Shown here: in pieces, positions 9,952 through 20,356 of the stretch
How positions within the stretch are numbered: position 1 is the stretch's first letter
Layout: each line of letters starts with the position of its first letter
Source: a virus
Direction: 5' to 3' (one strand)
IMG/VR virus record: IMGVR_UViG_3300032289_001637
Location: 30,159-94,158 of that record
Length of the DNA: 64,000 bases
The notes under the pieces: generated by a model
Databases searched by the model: none
What the model saw: the letters and a program-made list of their open reading frames with translations, nothing else
Told to the model about the DNA's origin: nothing
Program-made: the position numbers and the translations under genes

Positions 9952-10184
9952 TCTGCTGTTCTCTTTCCTACATATACGCCATATATTGATATTTCAAAAT
10001 TAAATGTCTTACCATTATAACTAATTGTAAAGTCTGTGTCAATATCATATCTTGGAACATATCCATCAGATCTCATTCCAGCGACTATCATGCTATAGTA
10101 CTGCTCTTTAAGTCTTATAATATGAGAGTCATCATAAATCTCACCATCAAGGCTAAACTTTTTTATTGACTTATGAGCGTACAT
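9873..10184 (-). CDS. Hypothetical protein
   Basis: 103-aa ORF with TGATATAAT 7 nt upstream of the ATG. Confidence 0.7.
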   Translation of the reverse strand: MYAHKSIKKFSLDGEIYDDSHIIRLKEQYYSMIVAGMRSDGYVPRYDIDTDFTISYNGKTFNFEISIYGVYVGKRTAECISGIDKNKPVMATSTQRIKSEEVC

Positions 10185-10216
10185 ATCATCAATTATATCA
10201 ATGGAATTAACTAGTT

Positions 10217-11431
10217 TTATTCAAAATCCTTATAAATAAAGCGACCTGAGTCAAAATCAATATCTACCATAAATTCACCACAGAATCCATGACGGTTTTT
10301 TCTAAATATACATTCAAGAATTGTACTTCCAGTAGCACGACCAAGAGCTAGTACCCAGTCAGCATCATAGGCTAATTGCTTTGACCACGCTACTTGACCA
10401 AGAGACGGAACACTATTCATATCAGTTGCATCATCAGGTGTAGCAGAAGCAATCGCAACAATTGGTACTTGAGAAGAAATTGCAAGAACCTTTAATTCTC
10501 TAGATATATTCTTAATCTTTACAACTTCATTATCATTTCCTTGATTTGAATTCATCAATTGAATATAGTCAACAAATACAACATCAGGGGAATATTGATC
10601 TATTTTTCCTCTAATGACAGAAGGAGACACATCTGCAAGACCATCATTAGAGATTATATAAAATGGTGGCTTATCTTTTAAGTTTTGCTTAGCCCAATTT
10701 TCAAAACCTTCAATATCAACTATTCCTGCACTTAGTTTTCTATGCGAAAAATATCCCTCAGCCATGATTGTGTAAACACGATTTCTAACTTCTTTCTCTG
10801 TCATTTCAAGAGAAATTATTAAAGGTTTCTTGCCAGCTTTCCACGCTTGTACAGCCATAAAAATAGCAAGCCAAGACTTACCAATGGCAGGGTAAGCAAG
10901 AAGAATACCAAATTGACCAGGAGCAATACCACCAGGTAGATAGTTATCAAAACCTGCCAAGTTTGTTCTAACACCGTGTATACCTTTTTCACTTAACTCC
11001 TTAATATGTGTAAAGTGTGCAGAAGCATCCTCTACATCTGTTGCATCAATGTCTCTTACATCAGAGCTAATTCTTTTAAGGTCTGATGTTTTTGAAATTA
11101 TTGAATTAAGAGCCTCAATTGGTTGATGCTCGTTCAATTGCTTTGCACTAGTCATTAGTGCATTTCTTAAATTATCTTCAAGGAACTGTATTCTTAATTC
11201 TTCTAGGTGATGCTTTGTTGTACCAATTTCACCTACTGGTTGAAAGTCTCTAAACTTTTCTACCAAAAGTGACTTAGTAGGAACGGTTGAATTTTGCTCA
11301 TAATAATTTTTTACAAAATCCCAAACATCTTTATGAGTTCTAAACAAAGTATCTGGATTTGCCTGAAATAGCACATGAATTTGCTTATCATTTAAAACTG
11401 CAGATATTACCTTTGCTTCTAAATCAGACAT
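10217..11431 (-). CDS. dnaB: DnaB-like replicative helicase
   Basis: AYPAIGKS Walker A, SLEM, VFVDYIQLM, YDAD, KNRHG. Confidence 0.92.
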   Translation of the reverse strand: MSDLEAKVISAVLNDKQIHVLFQANPDTLFRTHKDVWDFVKNYYEQNSTVPTKSLLVEKFRDFQPVGEIGTTKHHLEELRIQFLEDNLRNALMTSAKQLNEHQPIEALNSIISKTSDLKRISSDVRDIDATDVEDASAHFTHIKELSEKGIHGVRTNLAGFDNYLPGGIAPGQFGILLAYPAIGKSWLAIFMAVQAWKAGKKPLIISLEMTEKEVRNRVYTIMAEGYFSHRKLSAGIVDIEGFENWAKQNLKDKPPFYIISNDGLADVSPSVIRGKIDQYSPDVVFVDYIQLMNSNQGNDNEVVKIKNISRELKVLAISSQVPIVAIASATPDDATDMNSVPSLGQVAWSKQLAYDADWVLALGRATGSTILECIFRKNRHGFCGEFMVDIDFDSGRFIYKDFE

Positions 11432-11739
11432 TACCTATTTAGCCATTCCTTTGCTTGTTCTCTAAGTAGCTTTCTAGCTACATCATCTTCTTCTTTAATT
11501 CTTTTTGCATCATAAATTTTATCAGCATTATTGACTAACCATTTCCAGGTTGGTGATGCAGAAACGCTGACGTAGTATTCAATTAGATCATAACTTTGCT
11601 CTATACCGTATGATTCAATCAATGAGTCTGCAGCCCACTGTTGAATGTGTATGTTTATATTTTCTTCTTTTAAGTTTTTTTCTTTTGTTATTTTCTTATA
11701 TCTAGATATTAGTGCAAAGCGATCTTTCTTATCCGCCAC
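11431..11739 (-). CDS. Hypothetical protein (possible helicase accessory)
   Basis: Translationally coupled to dnaB. Confidence 0.6.
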   Translation of the reverse strand: MADKKDRFALISRYKKITKEKNLKEENINIHIQQWAADSLIESYGIEQSYDLIEYYVSVSASPTWKWLVNNADKIYDAKRIKEEDDVARKLLREQAKEWLNR

Positions 11740-11942
11740 TAGTCCTCTAGTTCTTTCTTAGCTTCTTCAACCTTTTGAATTACTTTGTTTTCTACAAATT
11801 GATAAACTCTGTCAAGAGCTTGATCTGTATTTTCTCCGCTACGAACAAAGTCTGTAATTCCTAAATCAATTCTAAGACTTTGAAAATTTCCAAGGTTTAA
11901 TGTATATCCTAGTGTTACTGAAACATTTGTTGTTTCTGACAT
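11739..11942 (-). CDS. Hypothetical protein
   Basis: GYTLNLGNFQSLRID motif; AGGAG RBS. Confidence 0.7.
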   Translation of the reverse strand: MSETTNVSVTLGYTLNLGNFQSLRIDLGITDFVRSGENTDQALDRVYQFVENKVIQKVEEAKKELED

Positions 11943-11951
11943 TTTGGTCTC

Positions 11952-12464
11952 CTACCATGTCTCTTCTTGCCAAGTCGGAATGAAACGCCCATCCGATGTC
12001 TTCGTATAAAGCATTATAGCATCTCCCATTCTAGAACGCAAGTCTTGCTCTGTTAACACGTTTCTAGGGGTAATCTTACCATCTTTTCTTGGTCTACCAC
12101 CATGTATAGTTGCCATAATATCCCTAATTTCAAAAATATGATCTTCAGAATAATAAGCATTAATTTGAAAACCTCTTTCTCCACCAAGACTATCACCAAT
12201 TGGCTCAGGAATCAAACCATTTGCAATTATTCTTTGAAACTGTACTCTTGATCTATTTAAAATCCTTGCAGTATTAGCAATTGTGTAAGCCCTTTTTCTA
12301 TGTTTTTTAAAATCTGAGTACAGCATACTTTGCTCTTTACCCTGAGTTACATTATAAAAATTAACGATATTGCTACTTTTATTTATATGAAAAACTTTTA
12401 CAAGCTCTTTGTTTATAAAAAATATTTTTTTACAAGGATTTATTTTATCCTGAGGTTGAGACAT
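11952..12464 (-). CDS. HTH (MerR-like) DNA-binding protein
   Basis: YTIANTARILNRS...GLIPEP...YYSE and a GRPR AT-hook-like motif. Confidence 0.6.
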   Translation of the reverse strand: MSQPQDKINPCKKIFFINKELVKVFHINKSSNIVNFYNVTQGKEQSMLYSDFKKHRKRAYTIANTARILNRSRVQFQRIIANGLIPEPIGDSLGGERGFQINAYYSEDHIFEIRDIMATIHGGRPRKDGKITPRNVLTEQDLRSRMGDAIMLYTKTSDGRFIPTWQEETW

Positions 12465-12473
12465 GTCCCCTGC

Positions 12474-12908
12474 CTAAGAACTAATTCTTTCACCAATTGC
12501 AATTATTGAAACGTCAGCAGAAAAGTCTCCAGCAGTTGATGATGAAAATACATTTACTGTACAAGAGCTTTGAGTAACTCCATTTAGGACTGCATATAAG
12601 TTTGAAACTCCAGTTACAGAAGTTACTGAGCACAATACTACTGGAGTGGTTTTAAATATTCCAGGATATTGGAATGAAGCAGGGGCATTTGGCTGAACGG
12701 ACAATTTTGCATCAATGATTTTTTGAGTTTCTGCATAGAATGTTAAATTTGATGTTAACACTTGAGATGGAGTAGACGTATCTCTATATTTAATTTTTGA
12801 AAGGCTACTTCCAACCAACTCTGAAACTTTATTTATTTCTTGAGCTATTCTAAATAAATAAGATATGTCAAGTGGTTGACCTCTATCTGGTAATTCAATT
12901 TGTGCCAT
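12474..12908 (-). CDS. Minor tail protein (H-type lectin-like beta-sandwich C-terminus)
   Basis: FKTTPVVLCS...VSIIAIG terminal pattern; end of tail module. Confidence 0.55.
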   Translation of the reverse strand: MAQIELPDRGQPLDISYLFRIAQEINKVSELVGSSLSKIKYRDTSTPSQVLTSNLTFYAETQKIIDAKLSVQPNAPASFQYPGIFKTTPVVLCSVTSVTGVSNLYAVLNGVTQSSCTVNVFSSSTAGDFSADVSIIAIGERISS

Positions 12909-12930
12909 CTTTTTCTCCTAGTTAATTATA

Positions 12931-13509
12931 TCAGGTTAGTGATACAACGCCTGTATCAAATATTTTAAATAGATCATACACGCCTTGTGCAGATCCAGAA
13001 ATTCCTAAGTAATTGTCAAACGTTTGCTGATATGCTGATGCCGATTGAAAAATTCCTATTACAGGAACGTCTTTTAATGCAACAGTTCCAATAACTCTGA
13101 CTGAAGCAGAGCCATTCGGTATAACAATACTTGTTGTATCTGAAGAAACTCTATCATGATATTCAAAATTTCCCATATCAAATCCTGATCCCCATTGAAC
13201 AAATACATCAGTTTCGTGCTGCTTAGAAGCTCCTGAATTATTATGAGCTATAGAAGCACTGGTAATTGAAGCAGAATTATAGTTATAAATTCTTGGAGTA
13301 TCCCAAGTTAGACTTACTTCTTGTAGAGAAATTACTGCAGTAACATCTGATTCTAAGGGTCTATACTGACCAATACTTTTAATTATATAAAGTTGAGACC
13401 AAGCTGACCATTGGTTTTTATCAACAGATATAATTCTAAATTGGAAAGCATGATCTCCATTTTTATCTGGTGGAGGTAATTTTTCTACAGGAATTCTTAT
13501 CTCTGCCAT
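12931..13509 (-). CDS. Minor tail/baseplate protein
   Basis: Position in tail module; FN3-like SAWS strand. Confidence 0.55.
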   Translation of the reverse strand: MAEIRIPVEKLPPPDKNGDHAFQFRIISVDKNQWSAWSQLYIIKSIGQYRPLESDVTAVISLQEVSLTWDTPRIYNYNSASITSASIAHNNSGASKQHETDVFVQWGSGFDMGNFEYHDRVSSDTTSIVIPNGSASVRVIGTVALKDVPVIGIFQSASAYQQTFDNYLGISGSAQGVYDLFKIFDTGVVSLT

Positions 13510-14696
13510 TAAGAAACCCCTATACCAAACCTATATTCTACATAACTTGTAGAATTTTCTCTCTTTAAAATTGGATTTTTATCTAAAGTTTTTACATACT
13601 CACCAGCAACTAAAGAATATAATGGATTATAGCTAGAAACATTTTCAAATCTTAAGCCGTCATAAAATACAAAATGTTCTCCAGTTCTAACATTAGAGTC
13701 ATTATGAATACATGTATAAATTCTTACACCATTTACAGAACTCCAAGAAAAGTTAGGCTCTGTTGTAAAATCTGACAATTTCCTTGTTACAACTTGATAC
13801 CTTGAATTATCTAAAGATTTACTTGGATCTAATGCATCTATATCTTGAAGTGCAATGTTTACAAAAGCTTTTGATGTAGAATTTCCTGAATTATTCAAGA
13901 ACTCTAACCTAATTTTAACATTGTCTGGAGCTAATGCATTGACTCCTTCTCTTGATAAACTTACTACTGAAAAAGCTAACTTTATTTGATCTGTTGGTAA
14001 ATTTTTTCCTAAGTTTAAACTAATAGAATTATTTTCAATATAATATGAAGCACTACTAGATATATTAATTGAAGCAGAACTTGCTGGCATTGCTGCATTT
14101 ACAACAGAAGTGCTACCAGAAACGCTTAGACTTCTATTCAAATATCTTGGTGGCTCTCCTCTATTTAGTCTATCTGAATATTCAAAAATTGAAGAGTTAC
14201 TATTTATAAAAACAAAATCGTCCCAGTTTATAGCAAATATATCAATATCTCCTACAGGGGAATTTTTAATTGGAACTGGTCCTGCATACAAAACAGTTCC
14301 AGAATTATTTAAATTATTAGAATATGCCCATGGCTCTGAATTAGAAAATGTTGAAATAATTCTACTATCAAAATTTCCAGCTACTGCGTTTGTTGCTGCT
14401 GGATATAGTCCAAGTTCAGTAATTTTATACCTTTGTTCAATAGGAAGTTCTGCTTTAAAAACAATTTTTTCAACATATTCGTTTGCTTGTTGATCAAATT
14501 CTTTTAACAAACCTTTTGACAAAATTGGAACTCTTCCTACTTCAAATTCTAAAGACTGGACACTTGCAGAAAATGTTGCAGAAGAAGATGTTGGATAAGC
14601 CTGTCCACCAACACCAATTGCAATATGACTTGCGAATTCTGGAGCTTGGTTTAAAAGATATTTAGCTACGATATTTTTTCCATTTGTTGTAATCAT
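13509..14696 (-). CDS. Baseplate/minor tail protein
   Basis: MITTNGKN...HIAIGVG...ITELGLY N-terminal domain typical of baseplate/fibre-attachment proteins. Confidence 0.6.
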   Translation of the reverse strand: MITTNGKNIVAKYLLNQAPEFASHIAIGVGGQAYPTSSSATFSASVQSLEFEVGRVPILSKGLLKEFDQQANEYVEKIVFKAELPIEQRYKITELGLYPAATNAVAGNFDSRIISTFSNSEPWAYSNNLNNSGTVLYAGPVPIKNSPVGDIDIFAINWDDFVFINSNSSIFEYSDRLNRGEPPRYLNRSLSVSGSTSVVNAAMPASSASINISSSASYYIENNSISLNLGKNLPTDQIKLAFSVVSLSREGVNALAPDNVKIRLEFLNNSGNSTSKAFVNIALQDIDALDPSKSLDNSRYQVVTRKLSDFTTEPNFSWSSVNGVRIYTCIHNDSNVRTGEHFVFYDGLRFENVSSYNPLYSLVAGEYVKTLDKNPILKRENSTSYVEYRFGIGVS

Positions 14697-15253
14697 GATT
14701 CCACCTTATATATTGTACCATTTGTGTCTATTTGAATTTCTACTTGTTGATTTTTTTCTAAATTAATAAGCTCTATAACTAAATCGCCATTTGTATCAAT
14801 ATAGTAATATCCTTTTTGACGAGTAACTATTTTATTATTTTCATCAAGATATTGGTATGTTGAGTTTAAACTTTCTAATGCTATATAGTCTTCTTGAGGT
14901 ATTTTATCTTGAATATTAATAGTATAAATACTTGTAAGAGGCTTAAGCTTATCCATAATGCTTAATTGTTTTACTGTGTCATACTTTTTTCTTACTTCAG
15001 AAAGGTTAGAAATAATTGAATATTTTTGACTAATGCCTTCAATTGTGTCATGTCTTTCAACTTTTGATAGTTCTATTGCAGAAATATTTTCAAATATTAG
15101 TTTTTGAATTTGTTCTGCATCAAATTGTGGAACTAAAGAAGAAATTTCTGTAACATTTCTTGTTGGAGTCCTTACAACACTAGAAGTAGATCCTGTGCTT
15201 GTTGGACTAGGATTTGGAGGCATTGGACTACTGCTGTCTATATCTGTTGGCAT
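14693..15253 (-). CDS. Minor tail protein
   Basis: Synteny downstream of the large minor tail gene. Confidence 0.55.
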   Translation of the reverse strand: MPTDIDSSSPMPPNPSPTSTGSTSSVVRTPTRNVTEISSLVPQFDAEQIQKLIFENISAIELSKVERHDTIEGISQKYSIISNLSEVRKKYDTVKQLSIMDKLKPLTSIYTINIQDKIPQEDYIALESLNSTYQYLDENNKIVTRQKGYYYIDTNGDLVIELINLEKNQQVEIQIDTNGTIYKVES

Positions 15254-15254
15254 C

Positions 15255-18200
15255 TTAAACCTCCACCACTCTTAACTGAGTTTTAATATCTGAAGAAGAT
15301 CTTTGGTAAGTGGCAGATATAACTACAAACTTTTTATCTTTATCTACTAATTTAACACCTTCTGGCAAATCATAATTAATTTTTATTAAATCACCAAGTT
15401 GAACATGTTGGGTTCCAAAAGTATCTAATTCAAAAACTTTTCTTGGTCTAATTGTTTTATCTAAAATCCATTTCATAATATCTTTTGCGGAGTCTTCATT
15501 TTGAATATAAACTGAGTCAATAGAAAAAGATTTATTTCCATATATAGATCTACTATTTTTAATATTATCATAAATTTTTTCAGATCTTCCAGGAGACAGG
15601 ATTGTATTTTCAAGAGTCACTGGATCAGAAAAATTAGAAAGCTCTTTAAAATAATCGTCTACCGTAAGAACATTAGAAATATTTTGAGTAAATGTTATTC
15701 CTTGAATCATAATTCTATTTGTAGAACTTTCACTTAAATCAATTGCCTTATCTGTTGTATTAAATATTAGGAATTCAGCCCCATAAGATCCTGGCAAAAA
15801 TCCTGATATTTCATAAGATTTTTCTACAGTAAATGGAGGAACAATCTTTGCTATTAATGCTGGATAGGCTTGATCGTATTTAATATTAAAGTATGCACAC
15901 TCTCTTAAAATTGTTCCAAACTCTTCAAAATAAAAGTCTACAGTTGGTCTTGTCTCTGTACTAATAGAGGATAAAAAAGTATTTTGAATTATTGCTGGTA
16001 CAGAGTATTTTCTTAGAGATTCAGCAGATACCACATTATTTACCTTTTTTGACAAAGAAACATCATCTTCCTTTATATTTTTTAAAGCAAAAATATTTTC
16101 AAACATACACTTAGAAGATCCTCTTGTAAACAAGCAAGTTTTTAATCCACTGCTTGGCATTTGTAAAGGATTGTTATCAGTTACTGTTCCTATTAATTTG
16201 TTATTTAAATAAATATTAAAGTCAATTCTATAAATTCCTTTTGAATTTCTTTGAATTTCAGCATCCAAAGATAGGTCATATACGGGTATATCTTGAGAAG
16301 TTAGCCTATCAGATCCTACAAACTTTCCTTCATCAACAATAATTCTTGCAAGACCTCCCCAAAGTTTTTTAGGAATTGCAATGTTTATTTTTCCTAATTC
16401 TTGTGTAGAATATGGAGTTTTTTCTATTTTATAAAAAATTATATTTTCAATTACAGATTCGTAAGAAGCGGATCCAGAACTTACAGAGCGAGGTGATCCA
16501 TAATATTCAAGAATATCTTCAGACATAGATGCAATTTCAAGGTAGTATCCAGAATTTGTATTTGGATCAACCATATATCCAATTCCACCAGCTCCACCAG
16601 ATAAGGTTTCTAGATTTACATCTCCTACACCTCTATCAATTTTAAAAAGATCTATAGCATTCAAAGCAGACTGAGTTTTATCATCCTTTGTTTTTCCAAT
16701 AATTCTCATTCTAGTTCCAACATGCCTATAATCTGTGTCTAAGTCTTTATAAACATAGCTTATCAAATCTCTGTCAGTAGTTGAAGATAGATTTAAAAGT
16801 TTATATTTTGGATCTTGTAATGCTGGAACAGGATATGGTCCATTAAATATTAATGCAGATGATTGAATTCCTGCAACATCTTGTTGGCTATAGCTAGAAA
16901 ATCCTTCAGACCTTGTTGACTGCTTCATAAAATTAGCAATCTTACTAGTTATTAAAGATTGATTTTGCGATGCCGTATCATTTCCAAGCGGATAAACAGA
17001 CGCTGAAACTGAAGCAGAAATTTCTCCATAAGATAAAAACTCTATTGGTGTTGTGCTAAATATATTTTTAGAATCCATTCTAAAAGATTTTCTATTATTT
17101 AAATTTTCCCAGTAAGGATTTAACCCAGCAAAGTGACTAGTAACAGAAGTTCCAAATTGACCTCTACCACTAGATCTTACTGCACCATTTTTATATCTAA
17201 CATTTTCTTCTAGGTCATCAAAATTAGACCCAGATGCATTTTCATAGTAAGGCTCTGTATAAATTCTAAGAAGTCCTGTTAAAACCATTTTTCCATTAAA
17301 TACCAATTCAGAAAAATACTTTTGATATTCACTATTACTTGTAATCCAAACAAGACCATTTGTTGCAGAAGCAGACGGAGAGTCTACTTGATATTGTTGT
17401 GCATCATATCTTATAATTTCTCCATTAGCAAATAGGTATCCTTGAAATCTTGGAAGCCAAAAAGCACTTTCTCCAACATCAATTGTATTATTAATTATTT
17501 TATGATTTACTACAGTTGGCACAGCACTTCCAAGACTATTTTGCAATGGTACTGCTCCAAGTGCATAACCTACATTTCCTGTTGGTTGATTTATTGTTCT
17601 TGCTTCTTGCTGATCTCCAAGTTCCCAAAGTATTGCACTTTTATATCCATAAGTTCTTTCACTAAGGCTTAAGCTTGCTTGTTCTAGTTTTGATACTTCT
17701 CTTTGTATATATCTAGTTGTATAATTAATTTGACCATCATTTAATATTTTTGTTTCAAAACTAGAAATTGCCTCAATATTTGGAACAATACTATTAGTTT
17801 TTTGTCCATAAAGGGTTGTTAGTCTTTCAGAAATTGCAGAGTTGTCTTCTCTTACAGAAATATCTGGCATTAAATATTCTTTTGGCATTATTACAAAATT
17901 ATTATATTCATCAAAAAACATTGCAGTTTGAGTAGCTTGTGCAAGCCTTTGCAAAATTTCTGAAACAGAAGCATCTGGCTCAACAAAGAAGAATGGAATT
18001 ACTGGATCATTAGCAGTATTAATATTTTTAAATACATAGTTACTAAAACCAATATTGTCTAATAGCAATGCTACTGCTTTCGTTAGGGTAGAGTTTTGTA
18101 AAAATATTGAAGTAGCATTATTAGACTCTAGTATAAAAAAGGCATCTCTTAAATTTAATGAAACATCTTCCATGCCACTAGTAGCAGCTGCAGCATTTTC

Positions 18201-19772
18201 TGAATAAAATGTTTTTAATGGAATAAATTTATCATATCCATTAACATCTAAAATAGCTTCATAAAAATCAAACTTAATCTGTGGCTTAAGATTATTTGCA
18301 ATTATACTTCCAGTTCTAGTTGTACTATTAAAAATATTTAATTCTGTAAATACCCCATCATGATTAGATAGATTAATCTCTCCAGTTGAAGCAACCAGAC
18401 CACCAACTGGAAGACCAAAATCTGTTGCCATAATATTCTTAGTAATTTGATAATCTATAGTATAGTCTGTTATATCAACTTTTAATCTTGGTGATAGCTC
18501 AATTAATTCAAATGGTTTATTTGGGGCATACATTGTTTCTACAACAACTCTAATTCCTTTAATAAAAATAAAATCCCTATAGATATCATTACTTCCAGTA
18601 TTAAAATAATCTGGATTCAATATTTTTTTAATTAATCCAACTCTTTTTGTATCATCCTCTTCTAATAGTGAAAATCCATATTCTACATTGTAAGTTTTCC
18701 ACTCTTCATCTTCTTGGCTCCAAACATAAAGAGTTCCTGGCTGTGTAGTAGAGCTACCAAGTATATAAGCATCTCCATCTCTAACATTTTTTGTGTTATT
18801 GTATATACTTGTATCTGGTAGCTGATCTACTGTGTCAAGATATTGATATAAATGAAAATTTTGTTTAAACTGTTCTGGTATTTTTATACCATAATATATT
18901 TCTACATGACCATCCCAAGGAACAATTCTAGAACCATCTTTTCTTGTAGATGATTCACTAAACCCTATTGCATCTATCCAGTTGTTATTGTCATTAAGAT
19001 ACTGTATTTTCCATCTTTTTGGAACTGATGATTTTGTTATATCTTGAAGTGGATCTATAACTAAATTATTATTAGTTCTAATTTTTCCTGGAACTAAAAA
19101 CTCTCCATTAATTCCAACTGCTTCTGGATCTGCTAAATTAGTTTGTAACTTTATAACTATTCTATTTGTAGCAACCTTATTTTTATAAGTAACAAAAGGA
19201 GCACAGTCATTTATTTTGTAAGAAGGGTCTCCAGTAGTAAAGAATGTAGCAGCCTGACTTGATATACCAAACTCCACCCCATCTTCTTTTCTATAAGAAT
19301 TCCAATATTTAAACTTATCAAATCTTGAGCAAAAGTAATATCTTGGTCTTTTCCCAGATCTAATACTATCTACAAACTTTGTATTATTTATGTTTGACTC
19401 TCCAAAATAAAGAATCTTATTAATTCCAGACCTTGGTCTAAATGGTTTAATACAATCTTTTAAAGAGTAGTAAAGCTCTCTGCTTGTTTCTCCTGAATAA
19501 AATGTTAAAGGTTCGTTTGGATCTTCTGTTTTATATTGAGAAATATAATTAGAGTCTAGAGCATTTGTATAAACATCTGCATTATCTTGAGAGTCATACT
19601 CTGAATATAAATTTCTATAAACAACATTTGCACTATCTGGTCTATATCTATAATTTCCATAATTATCTAGATTTGAAAAATCATTTTGATTCCATTCAGC
19701 AATAACTAAAGAATCTACATCAATGCTATTTTTTGTCTGAAGATAATTTATTAAGTCGTTGTCTAAAAACAT
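15255..19772 (-). CDS. Large minor tail / tail-tip hub protein
   Basis: 1505 aa, second gene after TMP; C-terminal VQLGDLIKI hub-like motif. Confidence 0.7.
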   Translation of the reverse strand: MFLDNDLINYLQTKNSIDVDSLVIAEWNQNDFSNLDNYGNYRYRPDSANVVYRNLYSEYDSQDNADVYTNALDSNYISQYKTEDPNEPLTFYSGETSRELYYSLKDCIKPFRPRSGINKILYFGESNINNTKFVDSIRSGKRPRYYFCSRFDKFKYWNSYRKEDGVEFGISSQAATFFTTGDPSYKINDCAPFVTYKNKVATNRIVIKLQTNLADPEAVGINGEFLVPGKIRTNNNLVIDPLQDITKSSVPKRWKIQYLNDNNNWIDAIGFSESSTRKDGSRIVPWDGHVEIYYGIKIPEQFKQNFHLYQYLDTVDQLPDTSIYNNTKNVRDGDAYILGSSTTQPGTLYVWSQEDEEWKTYNVEYGFSLLEEDDTKRVGLIKKILNPDYFNTGSNDIYRDFIFIKGIRVVVETMYAPNKPFELIELSPRLKVDITDYTIDYQITKNIMATDFGLPVGGLVASTGEINLSNHDGVFTELNIFNSTTRTGSIIANNLKPQIKFDFYEAILDVNGYDKFIPLKTFYSENAAAATSGMEDVSLNLRDAFFILESNNATSIFLQNSTLTKAVALLLDNIGFSNYVFKNINTANDPVIPFFFVEPDASVSEILQRLAQATQTAMFFDEYNNFVIMPKEYLMPDISVREDNSAISERLTTLYGQKTNSIVPNIEAISSFETKILNDGQINYTTRYIQREVSKLEQASLSLSERTYGYKSAILWELGDQQEARTINQPTGNVGYALGAVPLQNSLGSAVPTVVNHKIINNTIDVGESAFWLPRFQGYLFANGEIIRYDAQQYQVDSPSASATNGLVWITSNSEYQKYFSELVFNGKMVLTGLLRIYTEPYYENASGSNFDDLEENVRYKNGAVRSSGRGQFGTSVTSHFAGLNPYWENLNNRKSFRMDSKNIFSTTPIEFLSYGEISASVSASVYPLGNDTASQNQSLITSKIANFMKQSTRSEGFSSYSQQDVAGIQSSALIFNGPYPVPALQDPKYKLLNLSSTTDRDLISYVYKDLDTDYRHVGTRMRIIGKTKDDKTQSALNAIDLFKIDRGVGDVNLETLSGGAGGIGYMVDPNTNSGYYLEIASMSEDILEYYGSPRSVSSGSASYESVIENIIFYKIEKTPYSTQELGKINIAIPKKLWGGLARIIVDEGKFVGSDRLTSQDIPVYDLSLDAEIQRNSKGIYRIDFNIYLNNKLIGTVTDNNPLQMPSSGLKTCLFTRGSSKCMFENIFALKNIKEDDVSLSKKVNNVVSAESLRKYSVPAIIQNTFLSSISTETRPTVDFYFEEFGTILRECAYFNIKYDQAYPALIAKIVPPFTVEKSYEISGFLPGSYGAEFLIFNTTDKAIDLSESSTNRIMIQGITFTQNISNVLTVDDYFKELSNFSDPVTLENTILSPGRSEKIYDNIKNSRSIYGNKSFSIDSVYIQNEDSAKDIMKWILDKTIRPRKVFELDTFGTQHVQLGDLIKINYDLPEGVKLVDKDKKFVVISATYQRSSSDIKTQLRVVEV

Positions 19773-20356
19773 TATACTTCCTCAAGAGAAATAGAAATAT
19801 CCCAAAGGTCGTGGTTAGTTCCGCCTCTTTTAACAACATTGTAGCTAAAATCTGAAACAAAAACTTCTAAGATGTCAGAGTATTTGTCAAGTTTACTATA
19901 AGATCCTACAGAAAAACTTTGTGGCTTATCATAAGACAAGAACATGTAAAAAGATCCAGGATTAGTGCTGTACCAGTCTAACAGCTCTGCTCCACCTGCA
20001 CCGCCATCTGCGGTATATTCAACTAAATCATCTATATACTGACCACTTGCAGTAAAAGATTGACTTCCACTAAATGATCTGGATGGTAGTAAATTGTAAG
20101 AAAAAGAAATATTTATCTTATCTGCAATGTGATAAGAACGCATGTGACCGTTTACCATTCTTTTTTTATTTTCAAGTCTATTTGTATTAAAACTAATATC
20201 ACTTCTATTGTGATCAGAGAGTATTATGAAGTCTTCTCCTTCTACCCCAGAAATTTGTGGAACACCGTCTAGAAGCCCTCCAGAATTATTAGAAAAAATA
20301 ACTGCTTGTGGTCTAATCCATTTTTTTCTACTACTTAAATATGCACTACTAACCAT
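19772..20356 (-). CDS. Distal tail (Dit-like) minor tail protein
   Basis: Immediately after TMP; ends ISLEEV. Confidence 0.6.
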   Translation of the reverse strand: MVSSAYLSSRKKWIRPQAVIFSNNSGGLLDGVPQISGVEGEDFIILSDHNRSDISFNTNRLENKKRMVNGHMRSYHIADKINISFSYNLLPSRSFSGSQSFTASGQYIDDLVEYTADGGAGGAELLDWYSTNPGSFYMFLSYDKPQSFSVGSYSKLDKYSDILEVFVSDFSYNVVKRGGTNHDLWDISISLEEV